A stretch of 63,520 nt of DNA, filler included, from Octopus bimaculoides (taxonomy: Eukaryota): NCBI RefSeq assembly GCF_001194135.2. It is 7 parts of 6 records of this genome, joined end to end, with 100 filler letters (N's around TTAATTAATTAA, not from the genome) between each part and the next. Parts side by side here need not be neighbours in the genome. Positions count along the whole stretch, not along the records: positions 21,881 to 51,052 come from NC_068982.1; 6 more parts are not named here. One strand, written 5' to 3'. Position numbers and translations under genes: made by a program. The notes under the pieces are model-generated. The model was not told the DNA's origin. It was given only the letters and a program-made list of their open reading frames with translations, and ran no database searches. Shown here piece after piece: positions 24,358 through 36,494 of the stretch. Within the stretch, counting starts at the first letter, position 1. The number at the start of each line of letters is the position of its first letter.

Positions 24358-24468
24358 CAACAACAACAACAACATCGAAAAATACCTTAGGAATGAGAGC
24401 CCAAGTTCGAAATTTCCTCAAGACACCTGATGAAGGCTGGAGGGTATATCAGCCGAAAGGTTGTATTA
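23361..24468 (+). mobile_element. 5'-truncated Penelope-like element: RT thumb, GIY-YIG endonuclease and 3' terminal module
   Basis: EKEKDNQLAFLDVLI..VYRKPT..LNFNSHHP..LPYVKGLSEKI..VYSIPCSCGRLYKG*T.RPFKIRVEKH..WDEVKIIDREQHWK; in-frame stops present; followed by the tRNA/hammerhead module. Confidence 0.92.
24422..24467 (+). ncRNA. Minimal type I hammerhead ribozyme, intact CUGAUGA and GAAA, stem III and stem I each with one lesion
   Basis: GACAC CTGATGA A GGCTG GAGGGTATAT CAGCC GAAA G GTT GTATT. Confidence 0.7.
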
Positions 24469-25414
24469 TATATGAGAATAATCTAGTTCAAGTTACTTGA
24501 ATGATATATTAGGCAGAAACAATGGATGATATATAACTGAATGATATATTAAGCAGAAACAATGTATCTACTTCTGTGTGAATGAGAATATTTGTGCGTG
24601 TATAAATACACATCTGTGTTTATATAAAAACACTCTTACACACCTACACTTGTATATTTACATGATATCGATCATACACGTGGCCGTAAGTGCGTGTATG
24701 AAATGGAGATAGTTTAGAAAGGTCCCAAAGAAGCATAGAAGTGCAAAGGATGGCTATTTCAAGATCAGGCTCGATAACCACACGTCCTCTTTTAAAACCC
24801 AGGAAAGACGTAATGTAGAACATTAGTGTGATACATATGGTTATAGAATGAAGACATTGTGTTTTCCGTTTGTCCTTATACAGTTGGTCGGGTACAACCT
24901 ATGTGTAAAGGTTGTCTCTTTCCCTATTAGTGGTCCTTTCATCATAAATGAGAAGCTCATCTCACCCACACTCAGCACTCAAACATATGCATACATGTAC
25001 GCGATCACACATGCACTTCAAAAAGCCCTTTCCTCACCACCTCTCTCCCAGCCTTGCTCCTGCATCTCTATCTCTCTTTCTCTCTATCCTCACTTCACTC
25101 CCTTTTCCACCTCACTTTTATCCCCTCATCATCCCACTATCACACATGGATAAAATTGGGTGGAAAATTTTCTGTTGAATGCTGACATGCAAAAGTAAAA
25201 TTGACCGATCTAACGAACATAACTGCAAGTGCTAGCCTTGTTTTTGTCTATTTTCTTTGTGTTTTCTTTCATCCATGAGTTTAGCTCCGTTTAAAAAAAA
25301 AATTCTAATTTATCTCTCCATGACTGGAAGGTTCTTTGCCATGAAACCGCTCAGTAACATGAATTAGCCGTTATGAGATTATATTTATCATATTTTATAA
25401 ATAATATAGTATAG

Positions 25415-25472
25415 GCGCTGGTGATCCAGCATGGCCGCAGTCAAATGACTGAAACAAGTAAAAGAATAAAAA
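25415..25472 (+). mobile_element. SINE family A 3' tail
   Basis: CCAGCATGGCCGCAGTCAAATGACTGAAACAAGTAAAAGAATAAAAGA. Confidence 0.75.
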
Positions 25473-25508
25473 GATATGCACAGGTTGTTAGCTATTATAC
25501 TACGGGTG

Positions 25509-25579
<71 letters not shown>

Positions 25580-26439
25580 ACACACACACACACACACAAA
25601 CACAAATGCATACGCGCGCAGAAACACACACACATATGTACATATACGTATACAAACACATGCACATATGCGTGTTTGTATCTATATGCATGTATGTATA
25701 TACATACTTATATACATACATACATTCACTCCACCCATATGTGTGTGTGCGTATGTGTGTATGTACGCATTAATATATGTATATATGTATAATACATAAA
25801 GTCCATTGTTTCATTATAACTACTAAGTTTCGCCATAGCATGTCCCTTCATGAAATTATTTTCATTCCACTTTCATATTCTATTTGGATCATACGTTCTC
25901 ATTAGCTGCTATTTTTGTTGATTTTTTTTTATCTGTTCATTGCAGTGTTTTAATGAGTGTATTACAATGTTAGAAGTCTATGTGTATATTGAAACGTCTG
26001 TGTGTTTCTATCTGTACCATTCGTTAAATTTTCTCCATATGAATATATGCATCTGTGTATTACTGTATTTATTTGAATGATACAGTCACTGTGTTTCTAT
26101 AAAAGCAATACACCTTACATGTCATTTGTTATACAGGGAACCATCTGAACTTTAAAACGAATACTTCACATAGGAACAATGCAATGAGACAATTTTCGTC
26201 TCCCTCAGATGCATATAGAGCGTTTAAGCACAATATGTATCCATAAGAGATGTCAACTCTGGACGAATACAGCAGTAAATTTGCCTTTCAATAATGTACA
26301 GAGTGGCGTACGAAAAATAACCCCGGATTCTGTAGCATCGTGTATATACAAAAAGGTATTTTTGCACTCGAAAAAGACCCAGCCCATCGTTTGCAAGTGC
26401 CATTGTGTTATTTCGACCTCTTATAACTGCTGAACAAAG

Positions 26440-27165
26440 ATGACGCACTAGTCAACTGCTTGCTACGTTATCCTCATCATATACAAATTTTGGTTAAGAA
26501 ATGGCGCGCTACGGTGTCGGTGCACAACGATTCAAAACAGAGAGACCCTACAGTTCGAACGCCGGAAGTTATATAGGGTATTCGCCAAAAAATTACTCGA
26601 AGTCCAAAGAAGTCAACAAGTAGATTGGCGTAGCAGTCTCACATAAGAAGGAGGTCATGCCAACGGATGTTGAAAAAGCTAAAGTCGAAACCATATCATT
26701 TCACATATGCACAGCAATAAAAAGTGAACGATAAGAGTAAAAGAGTAAATTACTACACTTGGCTTCTGAATAGTATTGCTAATGGTGAGTTTCATCCATT
26801 CCAGTACACAATGAAGGGTGAGGCATAATTTCATCTCTCGGGTCACGTAAATTCACAAAATACACGGTACTGGGTGTACTGTTTCAGGGATACATTACTG
26901 GACTCAACACGGAAGTCTACACAAACGTTTTGGAACAATTTTGTGCTCAACATACTGAAGATGAAAGACAGTTAGACTTCTTCTAGTAAGATAGGGCGAC
27001 TTTCTACTCTTCTCTGGTGTACATGCAGCGAGTTCATGGGATCTTCTCTGAGGAACGTACAGTTGACAAAAATTTGTGACCACCATGTGCCCTTGACCTT
27101 TCAATGTGTGAATATATTTTTGGGAACACTTGAAGAGCACTGTGTACGAAAAAGATCCGCACATG
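26440..27165 (+). mobile_element. Highly degenerate Tc1/mariner transposase
   Basis: PTVRTPEVI..ITRSPKKSTSRLA..; EA*FHLSGHVNSQNTRYW; ..FWEHLKSTVYEKDP. Confidence 0.7.
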
Positions 27166-27169
27166 TAGG

Positions 27170-27330
27170 TGCAGGTGTGGCTGTGTGGTAAGAAACTTGC
27201 TTCCTAGCCACATGGTTCGGATTCAGTCCCGCTGCGTGGCACGTTGCGCAAGTGTCTTTTACTATAGCCCTTGGCCAGACAAAGACTTGTGAGTGGATTT
27301 GGTAGACGGAAACAGAAAGAAGTCCGTCAT
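27170..27330 (+). mobile_element. SINE family A head
   Basis: GCAGGTGTGGCTGTGTGGTAAGAAACTTGCTTCC..GGAAACAGAAAGAAGTCCGTC. Confidence 0.85.
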
Positions 27331-28292
27331 GTATATATATATATATNNNNNNNNNNNNNNNNNNNNNNNNNNNNNNNNNNNNNNNNNNNNNNNNNNNNNN
27401 NNNNNNNNNNNNNNNNNNNNNNNNNNNNNNNNNNNNNNNNNNNNNNNNNNNNNNNNNNNNNNNNNNNNNNNNNNNNNNNNNNNNNNNNNNNNNNNNNNNN
27501 NNNNNNNNNNNNNNNNNNNNNNNNNNNNNNNNNNNNNNNNNNNNNNNNNNNNNNNNNNNNNNNNNNNNNNNNNNNNNNNNNNNNNNNNNNNNNNNNNNNN
27601 NNNNNNNNNNNNNNNNNNNNNNNNNNNNNNNNNNNNNNNNNNNNNNNNNNNNNNNNNNNNNNNNNNNNNNNNNNNNNNNNNNNNNNNNNNNNNNNNNNNN
27701 NNNNNNNNNNNNNNNNNNNNNNNNNNNNNNNNNNNNNNNNNNNNNNNNNNNNNNNNNNNNNNNNNNNNNNNNNNNNNNNNNNNNNNNNNNNNNNNNNNNN
27801 NNNNNNNNNNNNNNNNNNNNNNNNNNNNNNNNNNNNNNNNNNNNNNNNNNNNNNNNNNNNNNNNNNNNNNNNNNNNNNNNNNNNNNNNNNNNNNNNNNNN
27901 NNNNNNNNNNNNNNNNNNNNNNNNNNNNNNNNNNNNNNNNNNNNNNNNNNNNNNNNNNNNNNNNNNNNNNNNNNNNNNNNNNNNNNNNNNNNNNNNNNNN
28001 NNNNNNNNNNNNNNNNNNNNNNNNNNNNNNNNNNNNNNNNNNNNNNNNNNNNNNNNNNNNNNNNNNNNNNNNNNNNNNNNNNNNNNNNNNNNNNNNNNNN
28101 NNNNNNNNNNNNNNNNNNNNNNNNNNNNNNNNNNNNNNNNNNNNNNNNNNNNNNNNNNNNNNNNNNNNNNNNNNNNNNNNNNNNNNNNNNNNNNNNNNNN
28201 NNNNNNNNNNNNNNNNNNNNNNNNNNNNNNNNNNNNNNNNNNNNNNNNNNNNNNNNNNNNNNNNNNNNNNNNNNNNNNNNNNNNNNNNNNNN

Positions 28293-28343
<51 letters not shown>

Positions 28344-29061
28344 TACATTTGCATGTCACTTCGCTGTGTGTGCATATCCATGCAGTTGTAGTTTCCAATG
28401 TACGTGAACAAAAATATGTATATATCTTGGAGTTTACGTTCTCCTCTTCTTTCATTTCATTGGTTCCTCATCAGATGCATCCATCGATTGCGTACCCTTA
28501 TTGTCATCAACCCCTATTCCACCCCCTTATCGACACCACCAACACCAACACCATCCGACTCCACCTACCTCGGCTCCATCACAACTGGCCATGTGTGTAT
28601 GTTATGCGATATTGACTGTACCAGCAGGGTTGGAAGCTTTGACACCAAACCCTCTTTTCTATCGCTCCATCTTGAACGATCGACGAGAAGAGAGGAAGTA
28701 AAAAAAAAAAATATATATATATAAGCAACAATAACAACAATATCAATGACGACAACAACAATAACAACAGCAATCTATCTAACCAATTTATTTACGTTAC
28801 TTTTCATGTTCTTTATTTTGTTGTCATATTGGTTTCGGATATATCACATTGTTGTTGTTTTGCTGTTGTTGTTGTTATTATTGCACTTCATCATCATTGT
28901 CATCATCATCATTATCGTCGCCTCATCGTTGTCGTCGTCGTCGTCATCATCATCATCATCATCATCATCACCATCTTCTTCTTCTTTTTCTTCTTCTTCT
29001 TCTTCTTCTTCTTCTTCTTCTTCTTCTTCTTCTTCTTCTTCTTCTTCTTCTTTTTCTTCTT

Positions 29062-29118
<57 letters not shown>

Positions 29119-29497
29119 CCTCTATTTCAACGCTTGCTTTTTTCGGAATTTTGNNNNNNNNNNNNNNNNNNNNNNNNNNNNNNNNNNNNNNNNNNNNNNN
29201 NNNNNNNNNNNNNNNNNNNNNNNNNNNNNNNNNNNNNNNNNNNNNNNNNNNNNNNNNNNNNNNNNNNNNNNNNNNNNNNNNNNNNNNNNNNNNNNNNNNN
29301 NNNNNNNNNNNNNNNNNNNNNNNNNNNNNNNNNNNNNNNNNNNNNNNNNNNNNNNNNNNNNNNNNNNNNNNNNNNNNNNNNNNNNNNNNNNNNNNNNNNN
29401 NNNNNNNNNNNNNNNNNNNNNNNNNNNNNNNNNNNNNNNNNNNNNNNNNNNNNNNNNNNNNNATATACTCACACATATGCATATACATACAGGCACA

Positions 29498-29536
<39 letters not shown>

Positions 29537-30328
29537 TCTCTCTAAATCTCCTAACCTTTCCATCCTCCCACTCGTTCTGCTTCTCCTGCCTTACTCTTCC
29601 CTCTGCGCCAGCCTTTTTCTTCCCAACTCATTTCTGTTCCCCTCTCTCTCTCCAAAACACACACACTCTCTCTCTTTCTCTTTCTCTCCCCAACTCTTCC
29701 CTCCTCTCTCCCTCCCTCTCTCTCCCGTTAGTGATAACATTTAGAGATAACTCGACCGTCACTGATAACATTCACATCAATTTTGTTTATTTTGCTTATT
29801 TTGTTTTTTATATTACGTTCGTTCTGCTTGTCGATGTTGTTGTCGTCGTTCTGGCTGTTGTTTTCTTCTTTATATATTGATGTATATATTTTTTGGGCTT
29901 ATACTTATTTACGTATGGCTGTGTGTATATCTGTGTGTATATCTGTGTGTATATCTGTGCGTATGTATGTGTAAGAGAGTGTGTATGTGTACTCCATATC
30001 CGTGTGTTGTATTTGTGTCCGTTTGTTTGTATGTATGTGTGAGTGCAGGTATCATATTTGTGTGTATGCGTGTGTATTGGTGTTCATGTTTTTTTTTATA
30101 GTTTTTGTGTGTAGGTCTATTTTATATGTGTATATGTGTATGTTTATGTATGTTATATTTGCTGCCTTATGTGTGTATGTGTGTGTGAGTGTGTGTGTTT
30201 GTGTCAAAGTGTGCGTATGAGTGTGTGTGTTTTATCAGTTCCGGTCACGTTGTTAGACTTGTGATGATAGCTGCTTGCAATAATTTTGGGGAAACACAAC
30301 ACTGCTCACGCACACGCACGCACACACA

Positions 30329-30381
<53 letters not shown>

Positions 30382-30920
30382 NNNNNNNNNNNNNNNNNNN
30401 NNNNNNNNNNNNNNNNNNNNNNNNNNNNNNNNNNNNNNNNNNNNNNNNNNNNNNNNNNNNNNNNNNNNNNNNNNNNNNNNNNNNNNNNNNNNNNNNNNNN
30501 NNNNNNNNNNNNNNNNNNNNNNNNNNNNNNNNNNNNNNNNNNNNNNNNNNNNNNNNNNNNNNNNNNNNNNNNNNNNNNNNNNNNNNNNNNNNNNNNNNNN
30601 NNNNNNNNNNNNNNNNNNNNNNNNNNNNNNNNNNNNNNNNNNNNNNNNNNNNNNNNNNNNNNNNNNNNNNNNNNNNNNNNNNNNNNNNNNNNNNNNNNNN
30701 NNNNNNNNNNNNNNNNNNNNNNNNNNNNNNNNNNNNNNNNNNNNNNNNNNNNNNNNNNNNNNNNNNNNNNNNNNNNNNNNNNNNNNNNNNNNNNNNNNNN
30801 NNNNNNNNNNNNNNNNNNNNNNNNNNNNNNNNNNNNNNNNNNNNNNNNNNNNNNNNNNNNNNNNNNNNNNNNNNNNNNNNNNNNNNNNNNNNNNNNNNNN
30901 NNNNNNNNNNNNNNNNNNNN

Positions 30921-30952
<32 letters not shown>

Positions 30953-31066
30953 AATGCACATTCAAATACATGCATACAGCCTGGCGTACAAACACACAAA
31001 CGGACGCATTTATACATAAACACACATATAGACACATTATATATACAAACAACCGCACACATATAT

Positions 31067-31116
<50 letters not shown>

Positions 31117-31460
31117 ATAGGTGTACATGCAAACGTATGTATATATATACATGCATACATACTTACACACACACATGTGTATACATATATACATACATAC
31201 ATACATACATACATACAAACATACATATACATATATATATATATGTATGTATGTATATATGCATATATGTATATGTGCATGTGTTAATATGTATATTTAT
31301 AGGCATTTAAATAGACATAATCATACAAGCTCATATAAATATATGTATTTGTGTATGCATGCATACGTACATACATACATACTTACACTCATATATACAT
31401 ATTTACGTATATAAAATTATATATGCATATACATCTATATGAATATATATGTGCCATGTA

Positions 31461-31508
<48 letters not shown>

Positions 31509-31800
31509 ACAATTAATATATACGTATGCATAAACATTAACATATATTTGTGTACTTGATCTATATTTATTTATTTGAACATTGCACACACATGCATTAA
31601 TACACACATATATGCACACACCTACAGATGCAATTTGTATCTTGTATAAGTGTATGAATACGTAATGTACACAATAATTATAAGAAAATTTATTTAAATG
31701 GCGGTATATCTTCCAGATATACATTCTATATTCCTAATTTCATATACAAGTCAATTACAACGGGGCCCGGTATACATACATACATACATACATACATACA

Positions 31801-31836
<36 letters not shown>

Positions 31837-33142
31837 CACATACACACGTACGCACGCAGGCACGCACACACACGCGCGCGCGCACACATATATCCATATG
31901 TATATGTCTGCTTATATATATAAGGATATAAATATTTTTGTAAATATGTATGCGTATGTGTATGTATGTAGGCATGCGTGTATGAACGTATAAATCATAG
32001 AGTTGGTGCGTACGTACACACTCGCACACACACACAAACACAAATACACAAACACTCATAAATGTATGCATACGCAAAATGCCTGTCCATAAGTGTGTGC
32101 TTATTTATGCGTGTAGTGTTGTATCTGCAAGTTCTGCAAGGAAGAGAGTGAAATAAATTTTGTGTTCCTCTTCCTACAAGTTTATTTTCTTCATCACCAG
32201 ACTCTACCTTGCTCTGCTACGTTACACCTTTCAACTGAACCCTCTTTGCCTTTTTTGCCCCACCCTTGCGTAATTTCCCCACTAGAAATCATTATTTTTC
32301 ATCTTTAATCTCTTGGGACTCTCTATTTCTGTCTGAAAATGCTTTAAAAACATTTTGTTTCTTTTTTTTCTTTCGTCTGTTATAAACCCTGCAAAAATTC
32401 CTTCACGTGCATACAACTCTTTTGTTTGCTTTTCGTTTACCAGCTTCTACCTATCCGTACTTTGCACCAGTTGTGTAACCTCCACAGACTTTTCACTATT
32501 ATTATATTTTTTCGTCAGTGTTTTATTGTATTTTTTTATCTCCCTGAATTCACATCTTTCCTCTCCTGTTCCTACTTTTTATCCCATTTTCTTCATTTCT
32601 CTTTTTCTCAGTTTTCCTCTTTTTCATCTTTCACTTTTATACATTTTTCCTTTTCTTCTCTTCTTCATTCCGCTTATATGCTTTACGCTTTACATTCCGA
32701 CACATGCACACACACTTCTACCGCCTTCATCTTGCCCTCCTTCAGCATATGCCCCAATAATAAAATAACTTTTTTCGCACCAGTGTTGTATTGAAATTTA
32801 TCTCTTTTCATATTTCTTGTATTCTTCTTTCACTTCTCTCCCAACAGCACCTTCCCCCATATATTTGTATACATTTCTATCACACTTTCCACAATCTACT
32901 TGCCTTCGCTTTCAATTCAAACTTTCGTCTGCTGCCACTTCCTCTCTTCATGCTTTCCTCGCACACAATACAACTACACCCCAACGATCTACACCCCACA
33001 ATCCAACGCCACTACACTTCCAGACCTGCACACCTCTACACACATCACCACATGATACACACGTCTCCCCTTATCCTTATATCAATAGGCGGATATACTC
33101 CTGAACGCTCACAAACATCCCGTCACTTTCTCTTCTTAACTA

Positions 33143-34266
33143 CCCTTAGCTCCCTAGTTACTGATGAGTGTGCTTCTGGTTAACATCAGATTGTTTGTTA
33201 CGGGCCACCCAACTATCAGCCAATTGTTCAAACGCATTTTGCTTTGCTATTGATTTCACCTTCTTTGAAACTACAATTGCCGTACTTCCATCATGTTGTT
33301 CAACCTGGGTATTATGCATAAACTCACTTTTTTGCTCTCTTTCACAAGAGAATGAAGTTTCTTAAGTCTTTCGTGATTTTCAGCGAGCTTTAGCATCCAG
33401 TCGTTAGATGTTTCAAGATATTTTGCCCATCCATTTGTGGTAGCTTTGTAAGAGATTTCGAATTGGATCAAGCCTCGATCTCCTTGAGCTCTGGGTAGGT
33501 AGAGGCGATCTGCATCTACCTTTGGATGGTGCATCGTCAGCAGCTTACGGATTTTCCTATCAGTCTTCCTTATTTCGCTTATATTCCAGTTCACACATGG
33601 AAACTGTAAATAACGACCGGAACCGCTAAGGAATTTATAGCTAACACCTTGTTACGTTAATTTAACTCGGATTTTAGGACTGCTCAAATTCACCTGTAAC
33701 ATTCTTTCCTGATCTTCTTTTGTGCTTGCATGCTGAATGCCAGAGCCCTCGTTTATTCCGAGGTGTTTGTAAGTTTGTTCCTGCTCGAGTTCTTTTATGA
33801 CTGTGTCAACATCCAACACCACTGAATGTGAGGTCTTCAATTACCCTTTCTGGAAAGTGGCCTTGGTATATTTATCAAGACCAGCTTCTATCCCGATGTC
33901 ATCACTGAATGCTTTCACAGTACATAGTAGTCCTTCAAGCGCATTATCGTCTTTGCCTTAGAGTTTTAAGTCATCCATATAAAAGAGATGACTTATTTTC
34001 TTGTCACCAATTTTATATCCATACCCTATTCTGTTAAGTTCACTTGTAAAGGTTATTAGGACTATTGCAAAAAATGAAAGGTGAAAGTGTGTCACTTTCG
34101 AAAATGCCGCAGTTGATATTGATATTTTTTGTGGTCCGTACCCCATTAGAGTGGTATAATTGGAGATTCATATTCCATACTGATATGTCGTGCTTCAGGA
34201 AGTTTGAAATCACAGGAGAAATTTTGAAGATATCCAGCGATTTCAAGATCCATGAATGCAGTATAG
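33143..34266 (-). mobile_element. Dong/R4-clade LINE reverse transcriptase fragment, frameshifted
   Basis: HSWILKSL..CGIFESDTLSP..KISHLFYMDDLKL..TYKHLGINE..DRKIRKLLTMHHPKVDADRLYLPRAQGDRGL..KQNAFEQLADSW. Confidence 0.93.
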
Positions 34267-34322
34267 CCCCGTCCCAAATTTCAGGCCTTGTGCCCATAAT
34301 AGAAAGGATTATTATTATTACA
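34267..34322 (+). mobile_element. 3' tail shared with SINE family B, ending in (ATT)n
   Basis: CCCAAATTTCAGGCCTTGTGCCCATAATAGAAAGGATTATTATTATTA; compare the reverse complement at 4338-4375. Confidence 0.7.
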
Positions 34323-35189
34323 AGCAGGACCCATGAATACTTCACTTAATTAAAGGTAAACATATTGGGCTATTTCTGAAAACTTCATTTAAAAGACCTG
34401 AAAGCGTAGCTTGTGTTGTGTCTGTATGCAAAAATAGTCTCTCATTTGCTACTCATTGAAAAGTGAAAGAAATTGGAATGCATACATCTGCCGCGTAAAT
34501 ATGCGCGAATATTTTATAAAAAAGTATACTTTTCACTATCCAGTCGCCACCATCTCCTCCTTCACGACGACGACGACGACGACGACGNNNNNNNNNNNNN
34601 NNNNNNNNNNNNNNNNNNNNNNNNNNNNNNNNNNNNNNNNNNNNNNNNNNNNNNNNNNNNNNNNNNNNNNNNNNNNNNNNNNNNNNNNNNNNNNNNNNTC
34701 TCTCTCCCTCCTCTCTCTCCCTCCTCTCTCTCTCCCTCCTCTCTCTCCCTCCTCTCTCTTCCTCCTCTCTCTTCTTCCTCTCTCTATCCTCTTTCTCCAA
34801 GTGAGGGTGAAGGGCGCTCCCTTTGTTGTAAAATTGGTGATAGTGCAAAGATGAAATCCGAGTGAAGGGTCCTATACTAAGAACGCACCTGTAGATAGAA
34901 GAAGGAGGATGAGGAAGAAGCATTTGCTTTAGTGGTCAGAATAAACATGGTTTTGTGGGGTTTCCACTTGCAGCCCTCGGAAGTCTCCCAACCCAGCTCC
35001 TTAGAAAAATTTGTTTTTGTTTGATTTTTTCTTTGTTTTTCAATATTTTGCCATTTATGTCCCCATGCAATTCCATACATCATGTATTGTATCGTCCCGT
35101 ACCGTCAGCGATCTGTTTCTAAACCCAAACTGGTTAATGAAAAGGCTATTATTATTATGATGTAAAGTGATGGATATGTAATCATGAAT

Positions 35190-35717
35190 TCAAATATGTA
35201 TAGAGATCAAAGTTGGTTCTGCATATTTTTTCGATGAATAAATTTTCTTTATTTAACCGTTCTTGTATAGAAATTGTATCTTTGCACTGGTAGAAGGGGA
35301 AAATTGTGAAATTTGGTTTGATGATACCCGCACATCTCTCTATGTGTTCATTTAAAGGAATCTGTTTGTATTGCGAGAACCGGATCTGTTCTTTATGTAG
35401 AGTGGTTTTCCGTCTCAATGTAATACTCGTCTGTCCTATATAGTGATATCCACAACCCGAGCAGGTTATTATGAATTAGATTCTCAGAGGCACAGTGATG
35501 TTGGTTTTAACTGTGAACCTCTCTCCTTGTTTGAAAAGGAAATCCGAGCCTTCAAGTAGGTTAGGGCATGTTCCACAGTTTGGGTGTCCACATTTTTTAC
35601 TGTTGGTTTGGTGGTTGTTGTGTAAAGCTTCGCTTTTGTTAGAAGCCTCTTTAGCGATTTATGTTGCTTTTTTTGCATTTGATGAATTTATATGCTTTCA
35701 GGATATTGTTTGTTAAT
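35190..35717 (-). mobile_element. Penelope-like (Neptune-type) element, Zn-finger-like motif and GIY-YIG
   Basis: After frameshift repair: KSLKRLLTKAK..KCGHPNCGTCP..CASENLI..ITCSGCGYHYIGQT..LHKEQIR..LNEHIERC. Confidence 0.85.
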
Positions 35718-35738
35718 AATAAATTTTCTTTATTTAAC

Positions 35739-36072
35739 TGACTACAAGAACGAAGATGAATCACTGGTTAAAAACAGAAGTAATTACCTTCCACCTAAAG
35801 ATAAGAGTAAAATACTTGATGACTTCTGCGACCATACCCAAAATTTCCAATATACTTTCCATAAACTAAAAATTAATTCAAACCTCAACAATCTAGAATG
35901 GAAAAATCTAATTGAACTACAAAATGACAAAGACCTGACAATTAATGAAATAGAGAAAGGAAGTGCTGTAGTTCTGATGGACACAGAATACTATAAAAGC
36001 CTAATATTATCCATGCTAGAAAACGATGCCTTCTACGAAAGAGTTGTAAACTATAAACAACAAAAACAATGA
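35739..36072 (+). mobile_element. Penelope-like ORF region upstream of RT, opposite orientation to the adjacent GIY-YIG piece
   Basis: SNLNNLEWKNLIELQNDKDLTINEIEKGSAVVLMDTEYYK matches the PLE N-terminal NL...E...L..L..D....I...DKG..VV.M motif. Confidence 0.8.
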
Positions 36073-36147
36073 AAAATCTTGCATCCTTAATTTTCTATCA
36101 CTGTACACATTTCTCCCCACTACTCTAGTTTTTGAATTTTTGCGTGT

Positions 36148-36199
<52 letters not shown>

Positions 36200-36494
36200 C
36201 CGAAAGATGAACGATTATCTCCCTTGTCCACAATAATAACGATAACCAATTACCTCCCCTTAGATTTTTCTACTTGTTGAATCATTCATTCATAAACTCC
36301 ACACACAACATGGACAAAAAAGTTTTCTTAAGAAAATACGTATTTTAATAAATTTTAATCTCATGATTAGCGAAAAGCGAAACCGGTCGACAAACACAAT
36401 ATAAAATATATTAAAAATTATATTAAAACTATATAGTGTGTGCATTTTCCTTCTTTAATTTCTTACATATATTACAACTCACCACGTGGGGATA

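Noticed and set aside
28455-28485. Minus-strand CTGATGA..GAAA hammerhead-like words
   Set aside because: No stem II, stem III or stem I pairing.
28900-29120. Consecutive (TCA)n, (TTC)n and (TTA)n giving poly-S/H/L/Y ORFs
   Set aside because: It is a compound microsatellite; all three frames are open only because the repeats lack stops.
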